Shown here in pieces: positions 1 to 8,860 of a DNA stretch of 64,000 nucleotides. Within the stretch, counting starts at the first letter, position 1. Each line of letters opens with the position of its first letter. Source of the stretch: a virus. The stretch spans positions 11,234 to 75,233 of the IMG/VR virus record IMGVR_UViG_3300047548_001136. One strand, given 5' to 3'. The position numbers were made by a program, and so were the translations under genes. The notes below the pieces were generated by a model. That model saw nothing but the letters and a program-made list of their open reading frames with translations, was not told where the DNA came from and made no database searches.

Positions 1-1068
1 AAATCAGAGTGGGAAGAAGCTGTAGACACTAACGAATTAATTGATGAAGAAGGCAACGTTTTAGCTTTTGAAGTCAAACAAATTACTAGAGGTAAGCATC
101 AAGTATTCGACATTGTTGTAGAAGATAACCACAGCTTGGTTGCTAATGGTATTAGAGTACACAATAAAAAAGCAAAGAAAAAAGCTGGTGCTACTAAAAA
201 AGTAACGACAGATGATTACGATGATAATCAAACATATAATTTAGGTGCGTCAAAGAAAAAGAAAGTTATTAAAAACTACAAACCAGAACCAAAAGTTGAT
301 TATATTGTAACAGCAGTTAATACTGTTGAAAGTATTGATACAATGATGGATTTCTTAAAGGAAATCGTTGATGAATCTACTCCGTTACAATTGACACAAA
401 TTAAGTTAACAATACAAACAAGTATCGATAGCATCTACAATTATACACAGCAGGTAATTACTGCGATTAATTATTCTTCTATTTCAAGTTACGATAAAGG
501 TGACGTACTTGGTTCAATGGCAGATATTAATTCCTTTGCTATATCACTTAGAAAACCATTTGAAGAAACAGTTGTTAGTGCAGCAGGAAAAACTGTTGCA
601 GCCTCATTAATTGAATTAATTGGCGCAAGTGTTTTAAAAGTAAACAGAACATTGTCCTTGTACACAGTAGATTCAAAAGAAAAAGACGCAACTAAAACTA
701 AGGCTAAAAAGAAGAAGTTTACAGCTTCTAGAGCACAAGACGGTAAATATAAAAACACAAATCCAAATCAACCAAGCCGTGAAGGTGGCGCTAGAAATGA
801 TTTTGGCAGTGATAAAGGTCGCGGCGGCGGCGGCAAGAATAATAGCAGTGGGCCAGCTGGTCCATCAAAGTCATCTTCTAAGACAGGCAGCGCAGGATCA
901 AGCACAAGAAGCACAGGTGGTAGCGGAAATAAATCTACTGGCGGCGGCCTAAAAGATGCATCAGGAAGTGCAGCAGGAAGAAACAGCGGTAGCATTGGCG
1001 GCGGCAGCTACTCTGGCGGAGTTTCTGGTAGCAATCCTAAAGGCGATAAGAATACTGGAAAGCTATAA
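1..1068 (+). CDS. Hint (intein-like) domain protein with basic/helical/Gly-Ser-rich C-terminal region; 5' end lies outside the window
   Basis: Frame 1 is open from base 1 (KSEWEEAVDT...KHQVFDIVVEDNHSLVANGIRVHN|KKAKKK). VFDIxVEDNHSLVANGIRVHN is the Hint block F/G C-terminal motif. Confidence 0.8.
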   Translation, partial: KSEWEEAVDTNELIDEEGNVLAFEVKQITRGKHQVFDIVVEDNHSLVANGIRVHNKKAKKKAGATKKVTTDDYDDNQTYNLGASKKKKVIKNYKPEPKVDYIVTAVNTVESIDTMMDFLKEIVDESTPLQLTQIKLTIQTSIDSIYNYTQQVITAINYSSISSYDKGDVLGSMADINSFAISLRKPFEETVVSAAGKTVAASLIELIGASVLKVNRTLSLYTVDSKEKDATKTKAKKKKFTASRAQDGKYKNTNPNQPSREGGARNDFGSDKGRGGGGKNNSSGPAGPSKSSSKTGSAGSSTRSTGGSGNKSTGGGLKDASGSAAGRNSGSIGGGSYSGGVSGSNPKGDKNTGKL

Positions 1069-1238
1069 TGGGCATAGAAATTATAAATATTAAACGTAAG
1101 CCTAGTTCAGGGGGCGGAAAAGCTAATGGCACAAGCGGTGCTAAAGTTAATCCGCATACTGTAAAGGCTCAAGATTTGAGAGTACACAAACCCATAGTAG
1201 GCCAAGGTGGTCTAAGTATGGTATTAAAAATGAAGTAA
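1068..1238 (+). CDS. 56-aa basic micro-protein (not in ORF track)
   Basis: TAATG-coupled to the upstream stop. Translates MGIEIINIKRKPSSGGGKANGTSGAKVNPHTVKAQDLRVHKPIVGQGGLSMVLKMK and fills the gap to the next RBS. Confidence 0.6.
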   Translation: MGIEIINIKRKPSSGGGKANGTSGAKVNPHTVKAQDLRVHKPIVGQGGLSMVLKMK

Positions 1239-1248
1239 GGGGAAACAA

Positions 1249-2583
1249 ATGTTACACAACGCACAAGTGGTAGGCTTCGCAGAAGGCACACCAGTATTAA
1301 TGGCAGACGGCAAGTGGAAGCCAATCGAGGAAGTTAAGCAAGGCGACTGGGTAATGAGCTTCAATCCAGCTATTGAGAATAGCGAACTTGAGCCACGTAA
1401 GGTTGTTAACACATTCTCTACATTGCACAGGGATTGCATTGAAATACATGCTAACGGCAAAGTAACTATTGTTGCAAAAGATCAGTTGTTCTTTACCCCT
1501 GGAGCGAATTGGTCTGCTGGATATGATACAAAGCAAGTTATGAACTTTGCTGGTGATCGCCAAGAAATTCAAGTTCGTCGTGTCCGCGGCGGAAAGTTTA
1601 AAGTATTTGATATTACTGTTGATGAAACACATGCTCTTGTTGCTAACGATTTGCGTGTACACAACGGCGGTAGCAGTAACAACAAGAAAAAGAAAGTAAT
1701 TGTACAAGCTCCTCAACCAGTTGTAACTGCTGGCAAACCGGGCAAACCAGTTAGTGTTACTACAACATATAATGGCAACACAACTACAGTAGTTGTAAAT
1801 CCAAGCCCAGGTAGCTCAGGTCAGATTTCAGTTGGTGCTAGTGGTACAATTGGTGTTCGTCAAACAGGTGTTCCTGGACTTCCAGTAAGTGACGGCACTT
1901 ATTATCAACCAATTGCAGTTCTCCCATATCCAGGCGGCAGCTATGTGCGTGATCGCGCTCTTAATGCAGAAATTATACGTAGCAGCGTTTGTGGAAATAT
2001 GTTAAACAGAGGAACTAATCATAAAGCTACTTCGAGTGAAGTTTCTTCTTGGAAGAGCGAACTTAATAGTTTGATTAGCGAATTAGAAAGCATGAAGAAT
2101 GTAAACATTCATGGCGGACCAACAAGAATTGCAATGTCTGTTGACCCAACTCTTATCAACGATGCAATTTCAAATGCAAGAAGCTTAAGTAATTCACTAA
2201 AGGCAGGACGCAAGTTAACAATTGGTTTAATCCGTCAAAATTGCGATAAACTTGCTAACATCATTGGCAGAATTCAATCAAGTGTTCCATCAGATTCAGT
2301 TGTGTTAGTTCCACAACCTATTCCAATGCCACTTCCTCCTCGTCCAATTGCTCCTCCGGTAGTAGTATGTCCAAACCCATCATCTTACTACAGTGAAAGA
2401 ATATATGAGGGACAAGCAAACTACGAATACATGACTGCTCTTGATAATTGTCAGTATGTATTTGATCCACCAAATGCTCCTGCTAACACAAGTGTTAGAT
2501 ACTTTAGACACTTTGATCCAAACTCAGGAAGATATTATTATGATCGCATTAACAGCAGAGCTGTTTGTGCAGGACAACTCTAA
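1249..2583 (+). CDS. N-terminal Hint domain protein (Cys1->Gly) with unknown Pro/Cys-containing C-terminal region
   Basis: Block A-like VGFAEGTPVLMADGKWKPIEEVKQGDWV; block F/G VFDITVDETHALVANDLRVHN|GG; AAGGGG RBS. Confidence 0.85.
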   Translation: MLHNAQVVGFAEGTPVLMADGKWKPIEEVKQGDWVMSFNPAIENSELEPRKVVNTFSTLHRDCIEIHANGKVTIVAKDQLFFTPGANWSAGYDTKQVMNFAGDRQEIQVRRVRGGKFKVFDITVDETHALVANDLRVHNGGSSNNKKKKVIVQAPQPVVTAGKPGKPVSVTTTYNGNTTTVVVNPSPGSSGQISVGASGTIGVRQTGVPGLPVSDGTYYQPIAVLPYPGGSYVRDRALNAEIIRSSVCGNMLNRGTNHKATSSEVSSWKSELNSLISELESMKNVNIHGGPTRIAMSVDPTLINDAISNARSLSNSLKAGRKLTIGLIRQNCDKLANIIGRIQSSVPSDSVVLVPQPIPMPLPPRPIAPPVVVCPNPSSYYSERIYEGQANYEYMTALDNCQYVFDPPNAPANTSVRYFRHFDPNSGRYYYDRINSRAVCAGQL

Positions 2584-2595
2584 GGAAATTTTTAA

Positions 2596-3078
2596 ATGGA
2601 TATGAAATCATTACTAGAAAAAATGAGTCAACTTTCACAAGTTGATGAAGCAAAACCAGACTTTCTTGATTTAGATAAGGACGGCGATAAAAAAGAACCT
2701 ATGTCAAAAGCCGCTAAAGAAAAAGACGATGACAAGGAAGAAGATAAAGAAAAGGTAGACGAAGCAATTGCTATTCAAGCTGATGGTCAAGAAGCAATGG
2801 CACTACTTGATATGCTTAAGTTAGCTGGTCAACCTGCACCACAACAAGGTCCAGAAATAATGACTAGTGGATGCGGAATGACAGAAGCAGACAGAGATCC
2901 AGCATATGCTAATACTCCCGATGAAGAAGTGGCAGATATGGATGCTGCAACACCATCAGGTAATGACATGCATCGTGAAAAAGATGGATGGCGTGCTGCT
3001 GCCGGCGCAGATAACCCAATGGTTGCTGCAATGGAAGGCAAGCTTCGCAAAATGTTTGAATCGATGTCAAAGGAATAA
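2596..3078 (+). CDS. acidic putative prohead core/internal head protein
   Basis: VDEA/TEA cleavage-like motifs, DLDKDGD loop, MLKLAG motif, AAGGA RBS. Confidence 0.5.
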   Translation: MDMKSLLEKMSQLSQVDEAKPDFLDLDKDGDKKEPMSKAAKEKDDDKEEDKEKVDEAIAIQADGQEAMALLDMLKLAGQPAPQQGPEIMTSGCGMTEADRDPAYANTPDEEVADMDAATPSGNDMHREKDGWRAAAGADNPMVAAMEGKLRKMFESMSKE

Positions 3079-3083
3079 TTTCA

Positions 3084-4658
3084 ATGAGTCTTAAAAAGTA
3101 CTTAACTGAGGCTGAATTAGCTTCTATTCAGCCAGTAACAGGTGATGAGTTTGATATTAGCATAAGAGATTTAACTAATATTGAAACATTTGTTATTGAA
3201 CACACTGAAGGTAGTATTACAATTGCACTAGATGAGAAAGCAATACAGATGCTTGAAGATTGCGGTTGTACTTTTGAAGATGATCAAATAGATGAACTTG
3301 CACCAGTTATTGGTGCAGTAGGTGGAGCGTTAGCAAGAGGCGCAGGTGCATTAGCACGTGGTGCATCTAAAGCAGTTGTTGGTACAGGACTCAAAGCAGC
3401 AGCAAATAAGTTAGATAAAAAATTGTTTGGGCCAAGTTCAACTGAAGGTGATTATGAAGAATCTATCGAAGAAGATAGTCTTCAAGTGGGCGACATTGTT
3501 CGTATTAACTATCCAACATCACACGAAAACGATTTAGGTGAAGTAGTTGAACTTGCTCCAAGCGGCAATTTTGCTTATGTACAATTTAAAAATGATGATA
3601 TTCAAAGTTACGATGTAAGCAACTTAATAAAAGCATCTGAACAAGAAAAGGATGCATACTATTATGGAGAAGAAGATTACGAAGAAAGCATTAATGATAT
3701 TCGTCGTTTATCAGGAATGCCAACTAAAGAACCAGTAAAAGAACAAAATTACGATACTTCACCTGGTAGCCCATATGATCGCGGTGCTGCTGATGCTTAT
3801 TACGGTAGAAAATCTCGCCCACATAAAATTGCTCCATACACTGGTCCAGATGCAGTAAAAGGACAAATGCAATTACTGCCTTTAACTGATCCAGCGGAAA
3901 TTGCTGCATACGAAGCAGGGTATCGTGAAGCAGAGTTTGGTGAAAAAGATTATGGTGAATCAGCGATACCAGAAGGTATTGAAAACTGGAAAATGGGTAT
4001 TACATCAATTCCACGTACTGAGCCATTTAAGCTAAAGAAAATTGTTGTTACATCAAAGTATGGCAAGACTTATACATTTGATACAGAAGAAGATGCAAAG
4101 CGTCACTTTGGTAGCAATTGGGATTCAAAGATCAACAACCCCAAATGGCGTGCGGCTAATGGCTGGAAGCTTGATATGAACAATACTAAATCAGAAAAAG
4201 GTTTAGATGAATCGAAAATTACAAAAGAAAGTGCAGAACTTGTTGCACAGTTAATTATTGAAAACAAGTTAGCTGATTTCCTTCCGCCATTTACTGCTAA
4301 CGGATTATGGGTAAGCGACCGCAGAGGTAATAGTGTTCTTGAAGTAACACGACATGGTGCAGTTGCACAGGAAGTTGCTAATGCACTTAACAAGTATGTT
4401 ACGGAATCAATCAACGAAGCAGAGTATCGCGGTCGTAAAGTGCCGCTTGGTAAACCAATGCAAGGTGATGTTAAGAAGTTTAAAGTTTACGTAAAAGATC
4501 CAAAGACTGGAAACGTAAAGAAAGTGAACTTTGGCGATCCTAACATGCGTATTAAGAAGAGCAATCCAGAACGCCGCAAGAGTTTCCGCGCCCGTCATAA
4601 TTGCGATAACCCAGGTCCACGCACAAAAGCTCGTTACTGGTCTTGCAGAAAGTGGTAA
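3084..4658 (+). CDS. modular putative internal head protein with conserved basic C-terminal domain (RRKSFRARHNC...RYWSCRKW)
   Basis: 524-aa ORF, N-terminus MSLKKYLTEA, modules separated by IxE/LxE motifs; the C-terminal domain is common in T4-like phages. Confidence 0.55.
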   Translation: MSLKKYLTEAELASIQPVTGDEFDISIRDLTNIETFVIEHTEGSITIALDEKAIQMLEDCGCTFEDDQIDELAPVIGAVGGALARGAGALARGASKAVVGTGLKAAANKLDKKLFGPSSTEGDYEESIEEDSLQVGDIVRINYPTSHENDLGEVVELAPSGNFAYVQFKNDDIQSYDVSNLIKASEQEKDAYYYGEEDYEESINDIRRLSGMPTKEPVKEQNYDTSPGSPYDRGAADAYYGRKSRPHKIAPYTGPDAVKGQMQLLPLTDPAEIAAYEAGYREAEFGEKDYGESAIPEGIENWKMGITSIPRTEPFKLKKIVVTSKYGKTYTFDTEEDAKRHFGSNWDSKINNPKWRAANGWKLDMNNTKSEKGLDESKITKESAELVAQLIIENKLADFLPPFTANGLWVSDRRGNSVLEVTRHGAVAQEVANALNKYVTESINEAEYRGRKVPLGKPMQGDVKKFKVYVKDPKTGNVKKVNFGDPNMRIKKSNPERRKSFRARHNCDNPGPRTKARYWSCRKW

Positions 4659-4659
4659 A

Positions 4660-5016
4660 GTGAGAGCAAAAGAATTTATAGGTGAACAAAAGTTATCAGG
4701 TGAAGAGAATTATACTTTGCCTGCAACACATGTATTGCCTAATTTACCAAATCAAGATCCATATTTACAGTATCGTATGGGGCTAGTTTTGGCTAGCTCA
4801 GGACCAGATCAAACATTAGCAGAGCCTGAAAGTCCTTGGGGTGAAAATATGGTAGTTACTGCTTATAGTTCTGGAGAAGAAGAAATTTTAAAAACAGCTT
4901 TAAAAGTAACAAGTCAACCATCTTCGATGATTACTACTGCTAAAAGTGAAGAACCTAAAAATATTAACAAACAAAGCCCGGTTCTTAAAAAGAAAAAGAA
5001 TAGGTATGGGGTATGA
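4660..5016 (+). CDS. putative internal head protein (paralog of 5013..5363)
   Basis: Likely GTG start at 4660 (MRAKEFIGE). Shares SEEPK..SPV..KKNxYGV with the next ORF. Confidence 0.6.
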   Translation: MRAKEFIGEQKLSGEENYTLPATHVLPNLPNQDPYLQYRMGLVLASSGPDQTLAEPESPWGENMVVTAYSSGEEEILKTALKVTSQPSSMITTAKSEEPKNINKQSPVLKKKKNRYGV

Positions 5017-5363
5017 GAGCTAAGGAATTCTTAAATGAAGCTAACGGTGAGATGCATCCATACACTGAAAAGCAGGTAGCTAATATTATGGTTATGCCTG
5101 AACTAGATCAATTTTATGAGTTTTACAGATTTATGACTGCTGTTGCAATGGCACCAGATCATGATCCTACTACTGAAACTGATTTAGCAAATATGCCTGC
5201 TGCTTATGCTTATACAAAAGCAGATGAAGAAAAATTAAAGCACGGATTAAAAATTTTAGGCAAAAAAGGCAAATGGATGACAAGCGGAGAAGCGAGCGAA
5301 CCTAAAGATACAAGTGTTTCAAGTCCGGTTGCTAAAGCAAAAAAGAACAAGTACGGAGTCTAA
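5013..5363 (+). CDS. putative internal head protein
   Basis: MRAKEFLNEA leader resembles the T4 internal-protein capsid-targeting sequence; paralogous to the upstream gene. Confidence 0.6.
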   Translation: MRAKEFLNEANGEMHPYTEKQVANIMVMPELDQFYEFYRFMTAVAMAPDHDPTTETDLANMPAAYAYTKADEEKLKHGLKILGKKGKWMTSGEASEPKDTSVSSPVAKAKKNKYGV

Positions 5364-5367
5364 CACC

Positions 5368-6123
5368 GTGCTTATTGAAGAAATTACATTACAAGAAGAT
5401 GTAGCTGAAACTAAAGATTTAATGGCTGTTGCCAACTACGTTAGTCGTTGGATGTTAAGTAGAAAAAATATAGAGACATTTGACGGGTTTGATATGACAC
5501 TAGAACGTATAGCATATCACATGGGTAAACCTATTCCTCCTATTCAAACAAAATCTGTTAAATTTTTATTGTTTAAAGCCATACCAAATTATTCAGATGA
5601 ACCATTGCGTTTTGTATCAAATGACAGAGAGATGACAGGCGAAAGAGAATTTGGGGCTTACTCCCCTGTTCCTTATCATATTATTAATATAAACACAAAG
5701 TTATTATTACAAAAAAAGAAAAATCCAGCAAGTACTATATTACATGAGCTACAACATGCTCTCGATGATTTAAAAAGTGGCGGAAGAGCATTACTGGCAG
5801 TTCCTTACAAACAGCCAAAAGATGATTATCAAGCATATTTGAAACACCCAATGGAAGTTAATGCGAGATTTAGTCAAGCACTTTGGGATTTAGCAAGCAA
5901 CTATGATAGAGTTGCACGTAGCGATGTATACAGTGCAATTGCAAATAACTTACAGCAACATAGATTACGTTCAGAAGATTTTGAAAATCCAAAAGAATAT
6001 AAGCGATTGATAACTCGTGCTTACAAGTTTTTAGCTGATGTAAGTCAAATAATTGATAAAAAAGAAAAACCTGGTTTTGTACAAACTGTAAAGAACTTAA
6101 TTAAAAAGTATTTGGTAAGGTAA
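5368..6123 (+). CDS. zincin-like metallopeptidase domain protein, possibly head-packaged
   Basis: HELQH (HExxH) motif plus downstream HPMEVNAR; probable GTG start (MLIEEITLQED). Confidence 0.55.
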   Translation: MLIEEITLQEDVAETKDLMAVANYVSRWMLSRKNIETFDGFDMTLERIAYHMGKPIPPIQTKSVKFLLFKAIPNYSDEPLRFVSNDREMTGEREFGAYSPVPYHIININTKLLLQKKKNPASTILHELQHALDDLKSGGRALLAVPYKQPKDDYQAYLKHPMEVNARFSQALWDLASNYDRVARSDVYSAIANNLQQHRLRSEDFENPKEYKRLITRAYKFLADVSQIIDKKEKPGFVQTVKNLIKKYLVR

Positions 6124-6128
6124 ACGCT

Positions 6129-6593
6129 ATGAAAGTTAATGAAGTTGTAAATGAATCACAGCAATTAAACGAATGGGCGTTTTTGCTTCCAGCAATAGCT
6201 ACAGCAGTTAGAATAGGTGCACCTGCACTTGGTAGATTTTTGTTTGGTCAAGCTGCAAAGCAGACAGCAAAACAAGCTGTAAAGCAAGCACCAAAGATTA
6301 TTGGTAAAGCAGTTGGTAAAACTGCTGTTGGAATAGGTAAAGTTCTATTAAAGCATCCGGGTGCAGCAATTGCAACAGGTGGCAGCTACTACGTATATAA
6401 ATCAGTTGATGAAGCAATAACAGCAATTACAGAAATGGTAGGTAATACATTAGATCCAGTTACTATTAAAGCATTCGCTTTAGTTGTAATGAAGTATTCT
6501 ATTCCAGTTGCTGGAGTAATTGCTATATTGTACGGTGGTAAAAAGCTTTACGATTACATGAATCAAACAGAACAACCAGCAGCAAATGGATGA
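6129..6593 (+). CDS. putative virion/internal protein with hydrophobic segments
   Basis: MKVNEVVNESQQLNE leader followed by Ala/Gly-rich amphipathic and hydrophobic helices. Confidence 0.5.
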   Translation: MKVNEVVNESQQLNEWAFLLPAIATAVRIGAPALGRFLFGQAAKQTAKQAVKQAPKIIGKAVGKTAVGIGKVLLKHPGAAIATGGSYYVYKSVDEAITAITEMVGNTLDPVTIKAFALVVMKYSIPVAGVIAILYGGKKLYDYMNQTEQPAANG

Positions 6594-6786
6594 ATTAGAT
6601 AGAATGAAGTTGCTTGCTGGTATAGGTAATAAACCTAACTGGACAGCTTATGAAGGCATTAACGTTTCAATTACGGGAACAGAAAAAGCCCAGCTGCAAC
6701 GTGAAAATAACATACAGACAGGCTCTCAAGAGTGGTTTAAATTGTGGTTTAGTAGGCCATACTTAACCGGCGAGAAACCAATTTAA
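6586..6786 (+). CDS. conserved small phage protein
   Basis: MDELDRMKLLAGI start; GSQEWFKLWFSRPYLTGE C-terminus; overlaps upstream stop. Confidence 0.65.
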   Translation: MDELDRMKLLAGIGNKPNWTAYEGINVSITGTEKAQLQRENNIQTGSQEWFKLWFSRPYLTGEKPI

Positions 6787-7346
6787 CGACTACTACGCCA
6801 AGGGTTATTGTCTTTAGTAACTTCACTGCCGCCAAATCCGCCTGGATTATCAGCAGCAATTTGATCCCAGAAGTCTTCAAGCTGCCTATAGTAGCTCTTA
6901 TATCCGTTCAAACGTGCAGCCTTGTCTAGCAATGTCATTACTTTGCTATCATCAAACCCCTGTCTAAGCATCCAAGGATAAAGTGTATCAATTGGGTCAC
7001 CATCAGGGAATGTAGAACCAATTACGTCGTTTATCTTATCAGCAATACGTTGAAGCTTTTGATTTGCTTCTGCCTTCTTTACAGCAGGATCAGCTTTTGG
7101 TTTATTAAGCTTACCTTTGAGGCCTGCAAGAACATCAGCAACAAACTCTTTCTGAGTACGACCGCCCATCATGTAGTCAGTTACACCGTAAGAAGCACCT
7201 TTAACAGCTTGCATAATTTCCTCTTTTCCTTTTAGAGGATAGTATGCGTGCTTGTCAAGCACCTTATCAACTACGCCTTGTACACGAGTTTCATAGCTAG
7301 AAGTAGCCTCAGCTACAATATTAATATGCTTGCGGATATCAGTCAT
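6783..7346 (-). CDS. hypothetical protein (possible internal protein)
   Basis: MTDIRKHINIVAEA leader, AAGGA RBS, TAAATA on - strand at 7368-7373. Confidence 0.6.
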   Translation of the reverse strand: MTDIRKHINIVAEATSSYETRVQGVVDKVLDKHAYYPLKGKEEIMQAVKGASYGVTDYMMGGRTQKEFVADVLAGLKGKLNKPKADPAVKKAEANQKLQRIADKINDVIGSTFPDGDPIDTLYPWMLRQGFDDSKVMTLLDKAARLNGYKSYYRQLEDFWDQIAADNPGGFGGSEVTKDNNPWRSSR

Positions 7347-7370
7347 CGAGGTTTCCTTTAATGCTAATAT

Positions 7371-7892
7371 TTATCCAATAGCTTCAATATACGGGCGCCA
7401 ACTTTCATGCTTAATGTGAAAGTTAAGATGCTCGATATTGTTGTTAATTAGATGCCATACTTCTGGTTTGAATGGCAAGCGGCGAGGCTGCACAAGCTTA
7501 TTGCCCTTCTTTAAGTTGCAAGGCATACATGCTGTAGTACAGTTAGTCCATTCAGTCTTACCACCCTTACTAACTGGAACCACGTGGTCAATAGTTAGTT
7601 CATGTGCATCAAACGTATCTCCACAGTATTGGCACTGATAAAGATCACGCAAGTATAGATTCTTACGAGAAAAGCGAACGCCCTTCTTATATTTCATATA
7701 TTCTTTTGTGATTGCCAACGCAGGTACGTTAAGGGTAGTGCTTGGACTATGCACTTGCCAATTATCGTATTCCTCTAAAATTGTAATACGACCCATAAAT
7801 CCTAGCTTAACAGCTTGTTGCCAAGGAATAGTGCTCAAAGGCAAATAACTTAAAGGTCTATAATCTGCGTTCAAAATTAAGCAGTCACTCAC
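7371..7892 (-). CDS. HNH endonuclease (McrA-like)
   Basis: CLILNADYRPL, RDLYQCQYCG, TIDHVVPVSKGG, CxxCNxxKG; GGAG precedes GTG at 7892. Confidence 0.9.
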   Translation of the reverse strand: MSDCLILNADYRPLSYLPLSTIPWQQAVKLGFMGRITILEEYDNWQVHSPSTTLNVPALAITKEYMKYKKGVRFSRKNLYLRDLYQCQYCGDTFDAHELTIDHVVPVSKGGKTEWTNCTTACMPCNLKKGNKLVQPRRLPFKPEVWHLINNNIEHLNFHIKHESWRPYIEAIG

Positions 7893-7904
7893 GACGTTCT
7901 CCAA

Positions 7905-7914
7905 TAAATATTTA
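7905..7914. promoter_or_regulatory. palindromic bidirectional T4-type late promoter
   Basis: TAAATATTTA reads TAAATA on both strands between divergent HNH and usg genes. Confidence 0.6.
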
Positions 7915-7915
7915 C

Positions 7916-8164
7916 ATGACCAAACAAGAGTTTGATGAAAGATTGACTACAATCCAGATATATTACTATATTCCGGATTATCAAAGTTTACTCCAAGAGT
8001 TTATATGGCAAACCGTGGATCGTCAACCAGATTTTCCCCGTTCGCACCAATTTTTAGAACATTGGCGCAACCACATAGAGGCACGTATACATACTATATA
8101 TTTGGCACATACAGACTTTTGGGGAAGAACAATTTTTAGAAACGTGACTAAGGAATTTAATTAA
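7916..8164 (+). CDS. usg: Usg-family protein
   Basis: LTTIQIYYYIPDYQSLLQEFIWQ..D..PDFPR..FL..W matches the alphaproteobacterial Usg pattern. Confidence 0.8.
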   Translation: MTKQEFDERLTTIQIYYYIPDYQSLLQEFIWQTVDRQPDFPRSHQFLEHWRNHIEARIHTIYLAHTDFWGRTIFRNVTKEFN

Positions 8165-8202
8165 TGGCAGGTCCAATGGAAGGAATATTGATTAAGAACT
8201 AA
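8164..8202 (+). pseudogene. orphaned 5' fragment resembling the terminase N-terminus
   Basis: MAGPMEGILIKN* vs TerL MSNVESVLVKK; coupled to the usg stop, AAGGA upstream. Confidence 0.4.
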
Positions 8203-8209
8203 ATATAGT

Positions 8210-8860
8210 ATGATCGATAACAAGTACAAGCGTTGGTACGACAACATTATTAACAATGCCAAAGTAAGAACTTTGGACGGATATTTTGAAAAACATCACA
8301 TTATTCCACGAAGTTTGGGTGGCGCAGATACTAAAGAAAATTTAGTTAATTTAACTGCAAAAGAGCATTTTATTTGCCATTGGCTATTGATTAAGTTTAC
8401 AGAAAACGACGAGAAAATGAAAATGTCCTATGCTTTTTGGATGATGATCCATGCGAGCAACATTCATCAACAAAACAGATATAAACTTAATTCAAGAACA
8501 TATCAAATTCTAAAAGAGTCTTTAAAGGACGTTTTTGTAAAACAACATTTGGGTAAGAAATTTTCTGAAGAGCATAGAAGAAAGATAAGCGAAACTCGAA
8601 AAAAGAGAATTGCAACTGGTGAAATTGTAGTTAATGCTGACAAAGCAAAATACAAAGTGATAGCAGAGAAACGACGAGGCACAAAGGCTTCTGAAGAAAC
8701 AAAAAAGAAGATTGGTGAAAAACACAAAGGTAAGAAAATTAGCGACGAACAAAAAGAACGTTTAAGTAGTTTTAATAAGGGTAAGACACTTTCACCAGAG
8801 ACGAGAGAAAAAATTCGTCAAACGTTGTTGGCAAAGAATGCAGAAAAGAAATTAACATGA
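8210..8860 (+). mobile_element. free-standing HNH homing endonuclease with NUMOD3 repeats
   Basis: EKHHIIPRSLGG..NLVNLTAKEHFICH; repeated G(K)xxSEExxxKIS motifs; own TAAATA at 8200-8205. Confidence 0.9.

Noticed and set aside
1249-1665. Canonical splicing intein
   Set aside because: No Cys/Ser at position 1, Gly at +1, only ~8-aa N-extein and no endonuclease domain; treated as a cleavage-type Hint domain.
8164-8860. Group I intron interrupting terL
   Set aside because: No room for an intron core on either side of the HNH ORF (7 bp upstream, overlap downstream), and TerL has its own complete start.
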